From the human T2T-CHM13v2.0 reference genome, Homo sapiens: a DNA stretch of 64,000 bases. The stretch lies in assembly GCF_009914755.1 (NCBI RefSeq), contig NC_060941.1; one strand, 5' to 3'. The translations under genes were made by a program, and so were the position numbers. How positions within the stretch are numbered: the stretch's first letter is position 1; each line of letters opens with the position of its first letter. A model generated the notes under the pieces. The model saw nothing but the letters and a program-made list of their open reading frames with translations. It was not told the origin of the DNA and ran no database searches. This document shows, piece by piece, positions 50,396 to 64,000 of this stretch.

Positions 50396-51364
50396 CTACA
50401 AGGAAGTTAAAATAATTCATTGAGTACAAGGGGGTGAAAAATCCAATTGTAATTGGGCTCTTCAATGAAAATATTTCCATAAGGGACTTTTACTTCCCCA
50501 AGCTTCTAAGATACTATAGCCATTTAAGAAAAAAATCAGAATGGTTTTTTAAAATCAGTTGTTAAAATTATTTATTTATGCTATATCGCTAGCCTCCCTT
50601 CTCTTCCTGTGACATGTTCATTTTTCACTGTGGCAAAAGCTATCACCCTATATAACCATCAACCTTCAAACTTTCCATACTCTTCACCTACAGAAGTTTC
50701 ATGTAGCCTCAAGTAGGAAGCCTTCGTAAGAGGGCAGTTACCTCTGAAAGCACTGGATTGGGTTCAAGGCTGAAGCTAACTGTTCTTAGATTTTTCATCT
50801 CCAGATACAGAAAGTACAGCAGAAGAAATGCCACAAAAAAGACAAAAACTTTTCCACTGAGCATACTCACAGAAACTTTTTACTTTGCTTCGATCTTAAA
50901 CTTTGACTACTATAATTTAAGATGGGAAGCACTGCAGAAAATGCCCCATATTAAAAACCCATTATCACAGAATTTGTGACTTCATCATATCAAATATAAA
51001 AACAAGTTGTTATGGTTTAAAAATCTTAGAACTACTAGAATAAACAATTTTTAAGTAGTTAATTACAAGCCATGAACCCCATCCTATGTCCCAAGTTTAG
51101 AAGACAATATGTCAAAGATCTCTTTACCAAATAAATAAATATGAAAGCACCCTAAATATCTACAAAGATCTCATCTAAAAGTATTTTTAAAATTGTACTT
51201 TTAATGATCAAAGTACAGAAATATACTTTAGTACAATATAGAACCTATATATAATGTACTTAGATTAAAATATTTTCAATATTCTTTAACACAGAGATTC
51301 AAAGGTCAAAAAAACGTTCAGAAAATTAAACACAACTTTTATGCTTTAACTAGCACAAAATTCA

Positions 51365-51493
<129 letters not shown>

Positions 51494-51899
51494 TTATGTT
51501 ATGTTTTTATTGCTAAGGGCACAAACAAAATCTTTTAGCATGGAAAATAAATGTCAACAGTTAAGATGATGATGGAACTGTTTACAGACCAAAGTATTTT
51601 ATACCTTCATTTTCAGTAATTTTGACAAGAACAAAATATAGTAAAGCTAAAATAAGAGAGAAAAGAAAATTAACCACCACCACAAAAATGGCACTCAAAA
51701 ACTGCCTGAATGAAGGTAATTAATACAGTACAGGCAAATCTCCAAACAAGTGGTTTAGTTCTGCTCTTCATTTTAACAAATGGGTCTACTATAGCTACTA
51801 AAAACATCATTCTATCAGAATCAAGTTCTTTGCAAAGAAGATAAGGAAATAAACCAAAATAGAGCACACAATAAAGTCAAGACTCAAGTTCATTGTTTA

Positions 51900-52235
<336 letters not shown>

Positions 52236-52476
52236 TCATGTGCTGAAAGGCCATATTTATCGTACTGTCTTGTACAAAGGAGGGAGAAGAGGTTTAGAGA
52301 ACATTTACAACAGTTAACCAAAACATCAGCTCCCCATATTATTCACTGACTTTCTCTGGAATTAGGGGATCCTAAGGCATAGGTATTCACGTCGGCCCTC
52401 CAAAAGAGGCACTGAAAAGTAGCTTCCTTGGTCATATAAGGACTCTTACTAGACAATTCCTCTTAGTGTAACTGGG

Positions 52477-52786
52477 TTTTGTTTTTGATTTTTTGTTTTT
52501 TGTTTTTGAGACGGAGTCTCACTCCGTTGCCCAGGCTGGAGTGCAGTGGCGTAATCTCGACTCACTGCAACCTCTGCCTCCTGGTTTCAAGCAATTCTCT
52601 GCCTCAGCCTCCCGGGTAGCTGGGATTACAGGCGCCCGCCACCACGCCTGGCTAGTTTTTGTATTTTTAGTAGAGACGGGGTTTCATCATCTTGGCCAGG
52701 CTGGTCTTGAACTCCTGACTTGGTGATCCACCCGCCTCGGCCTCCCAAAGTGCTGGGATTATAGGCGTGAGCCACCACGCCCAGCC
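52477..52786 (-). mobile_element. Alu (AluS-like, CpG-rich)
   Basis: Reverse-complement dimer. Confidence 0.95.
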
Positions 52787-53225
52787 AGAGTAGGATTTTT
52801 TTAAGCAATACTGACATCAAGTGGATTTGCTGCTCACACACAGGTATACCCTACTTCCCAAAATGATAAGGACCTTAAAAAAATTTTCTATATATGGGAA
52901 TTTCATTCTGAAAAAACAGTTAACATATGACTAATTACCATTTTAAGGCTTTTACTTTTCACCTTTAAACATAGTGATTTTACTCTTTTCTACATTACTA
53001 TTACCTATATTTCAGTGAAAATATATTAACTTGCTTGAAGCTTTAAATAAATTTAGAATCAAAGTTTTATATTACAGAGTCACAAATTTATTCAACAGTC
53101 ATGTTAAATTCAAGGGAATAAATTATAAATGTTCATTTTAAAGGACAGAGAGTCAATGATTTCTCGACGTTTACAACTCGGAAAATTCAACTGACAATTC
53201 AGTGACCAAAAACAGATAAAAATAA

Positions 53226-53531
<306 letters not shown>

Positions 53532-53700
53532 TGATCATTAACTTTTTTTTTTTTTTTTTGAGATGGCATTAACTTTTTAAAAAAGTTTTAAATACCCTGC
53601 AAAATTATAGGCAAAGCCAGTTTTTAAATAAAAATAATAAAAACATTGATAAAAGATCTTCTGAGAAAAAATGAAAATTAAACTAGAAATATAATTAAAT

Positions 53701-54049
<349 letters not shown>

Positions 54050-54811
54050 TTATATTACAGACCATTTTTCAATTGGAAAAAATATGGATAGTAAGAAATA
54101 AGAAATGAACCACAGCACAATATGAATTTTCAAATGGTTCACCGTATTTGAAAAAATGAGTATATTTAAAACTTTTCCTGATGGTACAACAAAGTACTTG
54201 AACTTAAAATTATACTATTTATTAAATTCTCTTACACTTTTGAAGACACATTTAAAATCATTTTATGTTTCTTTTCAATATGTCTTAATGGGCCAAATCT
54301 TTGTCTTTCTATTGCTTGGCTTTAAATTATTTCCCTAAAAAGTGAAAGTGTTATATTCTTATCTGTACTTCAAATCTTCTCATATTTCCTTTTCATAGGA
54401 TTGTGTTCTGTCTCTTCTACAACATAACACCACTAGGATTTTCAATACTTACACATTAGTTTCCTGACTATTCAATAATCAAAACCATGTAGCAAATTTC
54501 CTTCGCTATCAAAAGTAATCTAAAGAGGCGGTGAGAATTTATATCTAAAAATCCCACTAGTTACAAGTTCTTACAAAAAGAACCGAAGAGTTTACCATTT
54601 TAACTGTAACTTTAATCATTCCTTCCACATTAATAAATAATTATTAAATTTTGAAAGGTTAGCCCTTCATTATGAATTATTCATAAATTCTACATAAGAA
54701 TTACATGAAGATAATATTTTTCAGAAAGGTTAAAACAATTTAACATTTCTTTATCTATTTTATGCTCTACTTTTTACATAAAGTATTGTCAACTTCAATC
54801 ACCACAACCTA

Positions 54812-55155
<344 letters not shown>

Positions 55156-55214
55156 AAAGGACAGAAATTAAGTTCAGCCATAATAATACAACTGGTATTA
55201 TAAAAGACTACTGA

Positions 55215-55556
<342 letters not shown>

Positions 55557-55744
55557 TCATTGCTGTTTAGAATTAAAGGAAGAGAACTCATCAATATGGT
55601 TTTGACTTTTATTACTTAATGATAATGACCTTTATGGCTTCTGTTTCAAATTGAAAATAAACCATTTTACTCCATTAGATAAGGAAAATTATCTGTCCTT
55701 TCAACAAGACATGTCATTGTTTAAAAACAAAAAAATTCACATTA

Positions 55745-55858
<114 letters not shown>

Positions 55859-56579
55859 CTAGCCAGTAATTCTGATATTTTAATGTGTAAGAGATACTAC
55901 AATCCCTCCACATACATCATCCCATATGATGTAAAAAAGAACATGACATACTTGCCTCTACCAAAAAGTAATCTACCAATCAACTACATAAAACATAGGA
56001 ATCACTGAAGAGGCAGTTTCCCAGCAGTTAGTTAAAATCAAGCTGGTGACTCTGACTCTGTCCTAGCAACTGGTGGACAGGTTTCCAGTGCAATCTCTTC
56101 CCTAACAACACAAGGCGGGTGGCTGGCATACTTGTCATTTCTTAGGCATGGGATGTTTGTCTATCAGGAATTCCTTCAGGGATGAAAAAAATCATTGTAT
56201 CCTGGAAGGAAAGCTTACATAACAAATTCCACTACTGCACAGTGAGAAGAAGTTCCATGTTATCACATTATCACCCATGTTCCTTAAGATTTGTCTGACA
56301 CGTCACTGTAGAATATAATCCTTTTTTAAAATTGAAATAAAGTTCAAAAAGTTTAATTCTGAGATAGGAGCTAAAAACACAGTATTTACTTACTTGTGAA
56401 TACAATGAGCTTTGATTTGTTTGGATAGGAGTTTCCAAATAAACCAGGGAAAATAAGGATAATGAGAAAAAAAGGCTAGAACTTTATAGAGGTTGAGCAG
56501 CAACAAGTTTCAAGGAACTTATAGCCATTTTCTACTCCCTCACAAGTCACTATGCCCCCCAGAAAAGGAAAAGAAAGAT

Positions 56580-56770
56580 ATTCAGCCAGGTTGAGTTTAA
56601 AGCTGTGCTTCATCTCTATACTAGCTGTGTGACTTTAGGGCAACTCATAAACCTTAATGTCAGTTTCATCACCTGTCAAAAAGATGCAGAAGGACTCTAA
56701 GTCAGTACATGTTTTGTGAAAGCCAATGCCCATAGTACACAGCATTCAGCAGGCACTCAATGAATGTTCT
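56580..56770 (+). mobile_element. MIR
   Basis: actagctgtgtgactttagggcaact...cagtttcatcacctgtcaaa...aggcactcaatgaatgtt. Confidence 0.78.
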
Positions 56771-57168
56771 TCTTTTCCCTTTCCTCTGGTGAGAGGAGAG
56801 GAGATCACAGAGTTTCATTAGGGCAGGAACAACTCAGCTCACAGATCAAAACTTCCAAAAAGTAATAACTGTACTAGCTTAGGACAGAGAGAGAAGAAAA
56901 GTCTTCCCTCTATAGATTGTTAAGAATGATGTTTAAATTTAGTCCTACACGGAGGCAAGAAAATAAACTAAATGACCTCTGAAGTTACCTCCTACCTCCA
57001 TTACTCCATTATTCTATGAAAAGGTGCCAGGGAGAAAATTGCTTTCAACTACACCTACTTCTTAAAATTAAAATCTTATATTCTCTCCTACATCTCCACT
57101 TATATGTACTGTAACTCAGTAAATTTTCTCCCAATAATTAATAAAAGCAAAGCCCTTATTCACAGCTA

Positions 57169-57276
<108 letters not shown>

Positions 57277-57609
57277 TTAAACAAGAATAACGTTGATGCT
57301 GAACTAAACTTGAACATTTTCAATATTAAAACAAAGGTGAAGTTGGAATACTCAGAAATTTTTAATAACATTAATATGTTGCCAATGATTTTTGTTTTTT
57401 TCTACGTTAAACTATAATTAAATATGGAAAACATATTTGTGAGGCTCTCATTAAGGAAGCTGATAGAGGCCTCCTACATAGAAATTAGCTGGCAGCAGAA
57501 GAGAAGTCCAAGTCCCCAGTCTTGAACCTCACAGGCTAGCACCTTCCATCCATTTATTCACTTTACTCTCCTCTTCATAACACCTAGAAAATGTCTGATT
57601 ACAGAGGTT

Positions 57610-57930
57610 TCTTTTCCTTTTTTTTTTTTTTCTTTTTTTTTTTTTTTTTGGGACAAAGTCTTGCTCTTTTGCCCAGGCTGGAGTGAAGTGGCGCAAACTC
57701 AGCTCACTGCAACCTCCACCCCCCGGGTTCAAGTGATTCTCCTGCCTCAGCCTTCTGAGTAGCTGGAATTACAGATGCCCACCACCACGCCTGACTAATT
57801 TTTATATTTTTAGTAGAGATGGGGTTTCACCATGTTGGCCAGGCTGGTCTCCAACTCCTGACCTCAGGTGATCCGCCCGCCTCGGCCTCCTAAAGTGCTA
57901 GAATTATAGGCGTGAGCCACCACGCCCGGC
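57610..57930 (-). mobile_element. Alu (AluSx-like)
   Basis: Long T tract followed by reverse-complement dimer; agaggtt flanks. Confidence 0.95.
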
Positions 57931-58306
57931 TAGAGGTTCCTTTTTCTTGCAGCTAATGGCATGCTACCACTTTGGAGCCTGGGAGCACTTACTGCTAGGT
58001 ACCCCACTCACTCTGAGATGAGCCCTTCTCCCACAGAGGAGTCCAAGGCTAGGGATCCATTCACTCTAACATCCTCAGATAAACCACCAATCAGCGCATT
58101 TGGCTCTAACTTTACCCTAAGCTCTACACTTCCAATTTCAACAAAGCGCCAACCATAGCACTTTTTCTAAACTATTCTGTAGTATTTTACATGCTAGATC
58201 GTTATCAGCGATATACACATCTGCTGTCAGCAGTCTGTAACTGCCTTTCTATATTCTTGCACCTCTCAAAGTATCTGGCACATAATAATGGGTGCTCAGT
58301 AAATGT

Positions 58307-58472
58307 TGGATGAGTGGGTGGGTGGATAAACAGATAGATGGTTGGTTAGTTGGATGGATGGATGGATGGATGGATGGATGGATGGGTGCATGGGTGGGTG
58401 GATGGGAACATGGGTGGGTGGATGGGAACATGGGTAGGTGGTTGGGTGGGTGGGTGGATGGATAAATGGATG
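58307..58472. repeat. (TGGA)n/(TGGG)n simple repeat expanded from an L2 tail
   Basis: Follows L2 terminal text gtgctcagtaaatgttg; perfect (tgga)8 core. Confidence 0.92.
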
Positions 58473-58828
58473 ATTCACCTAAGCACTTTAAATGCAATGG
58501 GCCCAAAGCAAAATTCATCAACTTTATCCTAAAGTTGATCCTTCTTCAGTGCTCCTTATCACAAGTTAATGGATTCTTCTTACCCAAAGAGAGCCAAGCT
58601 GAAATTTTCAAAGCCATCTTGAACTCCTCCCTCTTCTATCCTGCTCTGAATATTCTCCAAATCTTGTCCAAACAGGTCTAGAATGTCTCTCATCTCTCTT
58701 ACATTCTCTCCTCCCACTGCCACTGTCCTAGGTAAAGCCCTCATTACCGCTTGTCTCATTTATCCCTGAACCAACTGACAGCTTGCCAATCTTGCCTTAT
58801 ATCAAGTCACCTGTGGGTCTTTACTAAG

Positions 58829-59186
58829 TGATATGGTTTGGCTGTGTTCCCACCCAAATCTCATCTTGAATTGTAGCTCCCATAATTCCCTTGTGTTGTG
58901 GGAGGGACCCAGTGGGAGATAACTGAATCATGGGGGCAATTTCCCCCATATCGTTCTTGTGGTAGTGAGTAAGTCTGATAACATCTAATGGTTTTATAAG
59001 GGGAAACCCCTTTCACTTGACTCTCATTCTTCTCTTGTCTGCCGCCATGTGAGATGTACCTTTCACCTTCTGCTGATTGTGAGCCCTCCCCAGCCACATG
59101 GAACTGTGAGTCCATTAAACCTCTCTTTTGTAAATTGCCCAGTCTCAAGTATGTCTTTATTAGCAGCGTGAAAACAGACTAATATA
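58829..59186 (+). mobile_element. THE1 (THE1B/C-like) MaLR solo LTR
   Basis: tgatatggtttggctgtgttcccacccaaatctcatcttgaattgtagctccc...aaaacagactaata; TSD-like ctaag/cttag. Confidence 0.95.
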
Positions 59187-60952
59187 CTTAGCTATCCCTA
59201 TCCTTTAAACTCAGTTCTCACACTTCTGCCCCCCTGATTTCCCTGCAGAGTTTTCCCCTTTCCCTGCCTGTATTTTGTGATAGCACTTACTGACTGCAGG
59301 CTGCCCTGTGTGCACATTAGCTGTGTGCATCTCTGACTGACCTGCCAGATTGCTTTTCATGGACATCTCAGCTTTCCAGAGCCTTGAACAGCACAGGTGC
59401 TCAGTAAATGTTAAACTGAATCAGAAGGAGTAAACAGTATCCCAAGATGAAATCTGGAATATCTTGTACCATAGAAAGAACGTCAGAATGCTAACGGGTC
59501 ATAACTGAAACAATACTATCACTATAATTTATATGTGGTTGATTAAATTGTACTTTTTAGGTTGGGCTTGAACTAAACTCTGTAATACTGTTTCCACAGG
59601 AAAATGCCTTCTGATTATCAGTAAAGCACTTACTAAGGAGTTTTTAAAAAGCAAGCCATTCTTTTTGTAAAACGAAGGGCTGAATATAAGAATACACAGA
59701 TTAACAAATCAGGAGTAATTATTCATATTATTAGCATTCTACGCTGCAAAAAAAATTAAAAAAAAGCCATTAAAAGATCTCTTTAAATTCTTCAAGCAAG
59801 GTCTATGTGCCACTGTCACAAACTAGCCCTTCAAATGATTCTATTTACATAACATATATAAATAGATAGGCTAAAAATTAACTGCAAGTAGGAAAATTTT
59901 AAAGTATCTCCTTTTTAAAACCTATCAAAATAAATTTATCAAATGTGCAAGAAAAATAATGGGAATAAAAATGTTTGATAAACATTATTAAAATGTTTTG
60001 GTCATAAAATAAAGCCTAAAACACTTATAAATGTTGGAGAGAACACCACACAGTGCATTTCAGCAGTCAGCACCTGTAAGAATCAGTGACGACCCGCACG
60101 GGCCTGTGCTGACACTGAGCTCTAGGTCTCCTGGGGATCTGGGGAGCAGCACATGCTCAGCAGAGAACTGGTAAAGTAAGGCACTCAGCCTGGCTAAGTA
60201 TTTAGCAGTCCTGGCTTTTAGGTTCCAAAGTGTTGTGTTTGTTTTTTAAACACTCTTTTTATGCACTTATACTCCAAAACAAAAAGGCAACAGTTTATCA
60301 TCATTAGTCTTTACCGACACCTTCAGGAAAAATGGCCAAAGATTACACTGCTAGAACTATAAATTCAGAATCAAATCTATTAATCAGATATTTTAAATGT
60401 TACTAAAGAATATTTACTAAAGAATACTTGTTTTTGTTTTCATAAATCAGTCTTGAGTTCCAGGTCTTTATTCTCATCCATTAGCATTTACAAGTTAAAT
60501 ACCAGCTTAGCCCAATTTTTAAATAACAAATTGTTGCCATTTTTAAATGTGTCATGTGCAATAATAAATAAGGGTAGCACTGTTTGTTAGCTTTTCCTAA
60601 ACGGTTATCTTTTAATAATATCAATTCACTAACCAAAAAGACTACTACTCTAGTTAGATAGAAAAAAATTACAAAAACTTAAGTCACTTCTTCCAAAAGT
60701 ATAGTCACAAAATAAGAGTCAAGTGATATATGTGGCCTTACATGCAACAGGATTATAAACATTAAAAATAAAATAAATTGCATGTGATTATCAGATGTAA
60801 AGTTGGTAATTCAATTAAGGCAATAAAAGAAGAACAAAGCCAAAAATCTTAACAAAATGAAAGGTCATTTTATGCTGTCATTTTAAAAGTCTAAAACATC
60901 TACAACTGCCTTCTGTTACTTCTTAGAAATTAAAACGGCTACATATACACTA

Positions 60953-61348
<396 letters not shown>

Positions 61349-62236
61349 TACCTATATATACACATGGCTTTGAAGTTAGTGAGAGCTTACTGATTCTCGG
61401 TTGATTCACAATCAGGCAACATAAGACAAAGAAAATGAAATTTAGAAGAAAAAGCCTAATAGTAGCAAAACAGTTATTTTTTCCAGCTTGTATAATCCAT
61501 GGTGACCACCTTCTTTGCTGTTTTTTGGTATGAACTGGGATACATTACTACATTTGGAATGGAAAGGAACCCACAGGAGTTCAAAGTTGACACCAGGGTC
61601 TCTGCACATCCCCTCTGTCTGTCTGAAGCGCCCTCCATCTCACTCTCCGTGAGACAAGCACCTTCTCAACTCTCAGCTCTTGGTTTAACTGTCTCAGTCC
61701 TTGGCCACCAAATCCAGTGATTTTTCCAGCAGAAGAGTTCATTCTTTTCCCTCATATCACCTACCTCTCTGTGAATTACACTTACAGTTGTTCAATTTAT
61801 TTACTTGTTGTCTATCTCCTTCCTAAAACTTTAACCTCCAAGAGGACAAGAACCATGTTCAGTGCTGTATCCCCAGCAACAAGCATAGTACCTAGCACAC
61901 AGGCAATTTTTGAATAAATAAGCCAATTAATCACTGTACATGGGCTTTTATGACAAAAGCTGACAAAATGGCTATTTTTTAAATAGGACATCTAAAAATA
62001 AAAATACTTTTATATGCCTATATGAAGAAGAAAAATTTGAGACTTACAAACCTCAGGGCCTTTTACATGCCACTGTTGTCCCTGACCTTCCATGTGTCCT
62101 CCAAGTCCTTCACTGGAGTACTTTTTTGTTCACTATTTATCCTCATACACATTATTTCCATCTCCTAAACACATTCCTTAAAGACAGTCCTTAAATCACA
62201 GACTTCCATCAGGTGCTTTAAAAAAGACAAAAAGAA

Positions 62237-62543
62237 GGCCTGGTGTGGTAGCTCATGCCTGTAATCCCAGCACTTTGGGAGGCAGAGGCAGACGGATCAC
62301 TTGAGCCCAGGAGACCAGCCTGGGCAACATGGCAAAACTCCATCTCTACCAAAAATTAAAAATAAAAAAATTAGCCAGACGGTGGAGTGTGCCTGTAGTT
62401 CCAGCTACTCAGGAGGCTGAGGTGGGAGGATCACCTGAGCCAAGGGAGGTCGAGGTTGCAGTGAGCTGTGATCACACCACTGCACTCCAACCTGGGTAAC
62501 AGAGCGAGACCCTGTCTCAAATAAACAAATAATAAATAAATAA
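62237..62543 (+). mobile_element. Alu (AluJ-like, small deletion in the B-box region)
   Basis: gagcccaggagaccagcc lacks the gttcga segment; (AAAT)n tail. Confidence 0.94.
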
Positions 62544-62909
62544 GGCTTGAGGATATCTCATTTTTAATGATAGCATTTCATTTTCTAGTAGCCAGAAGTA
62601 GTTAAAAACTAAAATTTCCCAATCATCTTCCCATTTGTTGTCCAGAGACAGCTAATAAGATACCAGTTCTGTCCACTAGGGACAGAAGATAAGCCCTGGC
62701 ACACAGAGGAGACATGTGGAGAAGCAGCATTCCCACGATGGGACTGTGGGTTATGGGGGTTACGAGGGAAGGCTGGCAGTCCCACTGCCCCACCTTCACA
62801 GCCTCGCCTTCTGGCTGATGCCACAATGGTTTTCCAAATTTTAATACATAATGCTTACTAGACAGATTGAGTCAAACTCTTCCAAACGGATCCACTGAAA
62901 TGGCCTTAC

Positions 62910-62966
62910 CTCTGTTTCTGAGAGAAGTGTTTTTAGTCTTGTCAAATCCTTTGTTACCATCCCATT
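62910..62966 (-). CDS. HELZ: HELZ internal coding exon (57 nt, phase 0-0): NGMVTKDLTRLKTLLSETE
   Basis: Minus-strand acceptor ttcag|AAT and donor GAG|gtaagg; joins the next exon in frame; peptide matches HELZ as I recall it. Confidence 0.93.
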
Positions 62967-64000
62967 CTGAAAGGGTGAATAAAAAAGAGAAGAACCAATT
63001 AGTATATTAATTCTTTACTATGGCAACTTAGCTCAATTCCTCTGTTGTTTCTGAGTTTATTTGTAAAAAACAATGTTATCCTCATCCCTCATCACTACTA
63101 CCATTAACGATGACAATAAAGCAACACATCTATGAGGAAAATTTAAAAGGTTAACAGGAAAAACTATACAGAATGCCTTTTCTGGTAAGTAAAACCACTG
63201 TATTCACCTTACATTAATTAAAATTAACTCAAGAAAATATTAACAACAGGTACCACCACAGAACAAGACAGCATAAATGAAAAGGAAAACAACCTATTGC
63301 TGTTTTTAACCCTTTTCCTAAGATTAATAAGTTTGTATGTACAAAATGGTGAACCCAGCCATGATTCAGGAAGATTCATATAAGCTGATCACACCACTTT
63401 AAAAATGGCTCTTTAATAAAAGGAAAATATCACTCTTCTGAAATCTAAATTTCATTTGAGATTTAAAAGCAAATTACTCTTTACTCGTTTTAAATTTAAA
63501 AACAACAGGTAAAACTGTAATATACTTAACTTATACAGAAAAGCCCTTTAATGATAATCTTAATAACAAAGAAGAGATATATTCCTTTATTATCTACTTA
63601 GAACTAAATAGCTATATAATTTTTCTATGCTAATACATTTTAGCTTTTAAGTTCATTTATGAATCTGGTGAAATCAAAAGACACTGCTAAACTTAAACAT
63701 AATTAAACAATTCACTGCACAATAATTCCTTAGAAAATAACTATCCCGAGATGGGCCAATACATTACACTCAACAATATACCAAGTACTTCCCTAACTTC
63801 TTTTTTTTTAACCAAATATAATTATTTAATATTTGGAGTAAAAGCACAAATCTGCCCCATAATTTTATCATCTATATCAATTCAGAAGAATAGGAAAGAT
63901 ACAGGGAATTCACACAGCAGAGCAAAGTATACATATACTTTCTTGCTTTCACTGTGTTTCATTATGATTCTTGAAAATTATCAACAAATTTCTTAAGTTA

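Noticed and set aside
58249-58532. His/Pro-rich and Trp/Met/Gly-rich ORFs
   Set aside because: Translations of the (TGGA)n/(TGGG)n microsatellite.
60185-60305. Minus-strand ATGATGA ... CTGA about 120 nt apart, as an intronic C/D snoRNA
   Set aside because: No convincing terminal stem, internal boxes or guide sequence; expected by chance.
62609-62826. Two minus-strand ORFs just downstream of the 57-nt exon, as an alternative exon
   Set aside because: Non-ATG starts, no good acceptor/donor pair, and no recognisable peptide.

Overview
Primate (most likely human) genomic DNA from the middle of HELZ (helicase with zinc finger; Upf1-like superfamily-1 RNA helicase), transcribed on the minus strand. 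I traced 15 internal coding exons (62966 down to 7512). All have AG/GT boundaries and compatible phases, and they splice into one open frame of 2397 nt (799 codons; 800 with a NAGNAG acceptor), roughly residues 125-923 by my recollection of the protein. The frame holds the C-x8-C-x5-C-x3-H zinc finger and helicase motifs Q (LNAKQ), I (GPYGTGKT), Ia (THSNSAAD), II (DEAAQ), III (GDHMQL) and IV (NYRS). Start and stop codons lie outside the window. The remaining ~96% is intron: about 35 Alu/FLAM pieces, old L1 and L2 fragments, MIRs, LTRs (MER21, MST, THE1, MLT1), DNA transposons (Tigger3a, MER58A, MER63, MADE1), a 57-bp minisatellite and simple repeats. Repeat family names come from memory of consensus sequences and their edges are approximate. 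I see no evidence of a new gene or multi-gene system. The best leads are a two-exon, phase-symmetric block bracketed by inverted Alus (candidate circRNA with a stop-free ORF), a 60-bp inverted templated duplication, the NAGNAG acceptor, a MADE1 hairpin split by an Alu, a 19-bp Alu-tail micro-insertion, a chimeric nested Alu, and antisense-facing LTRs.
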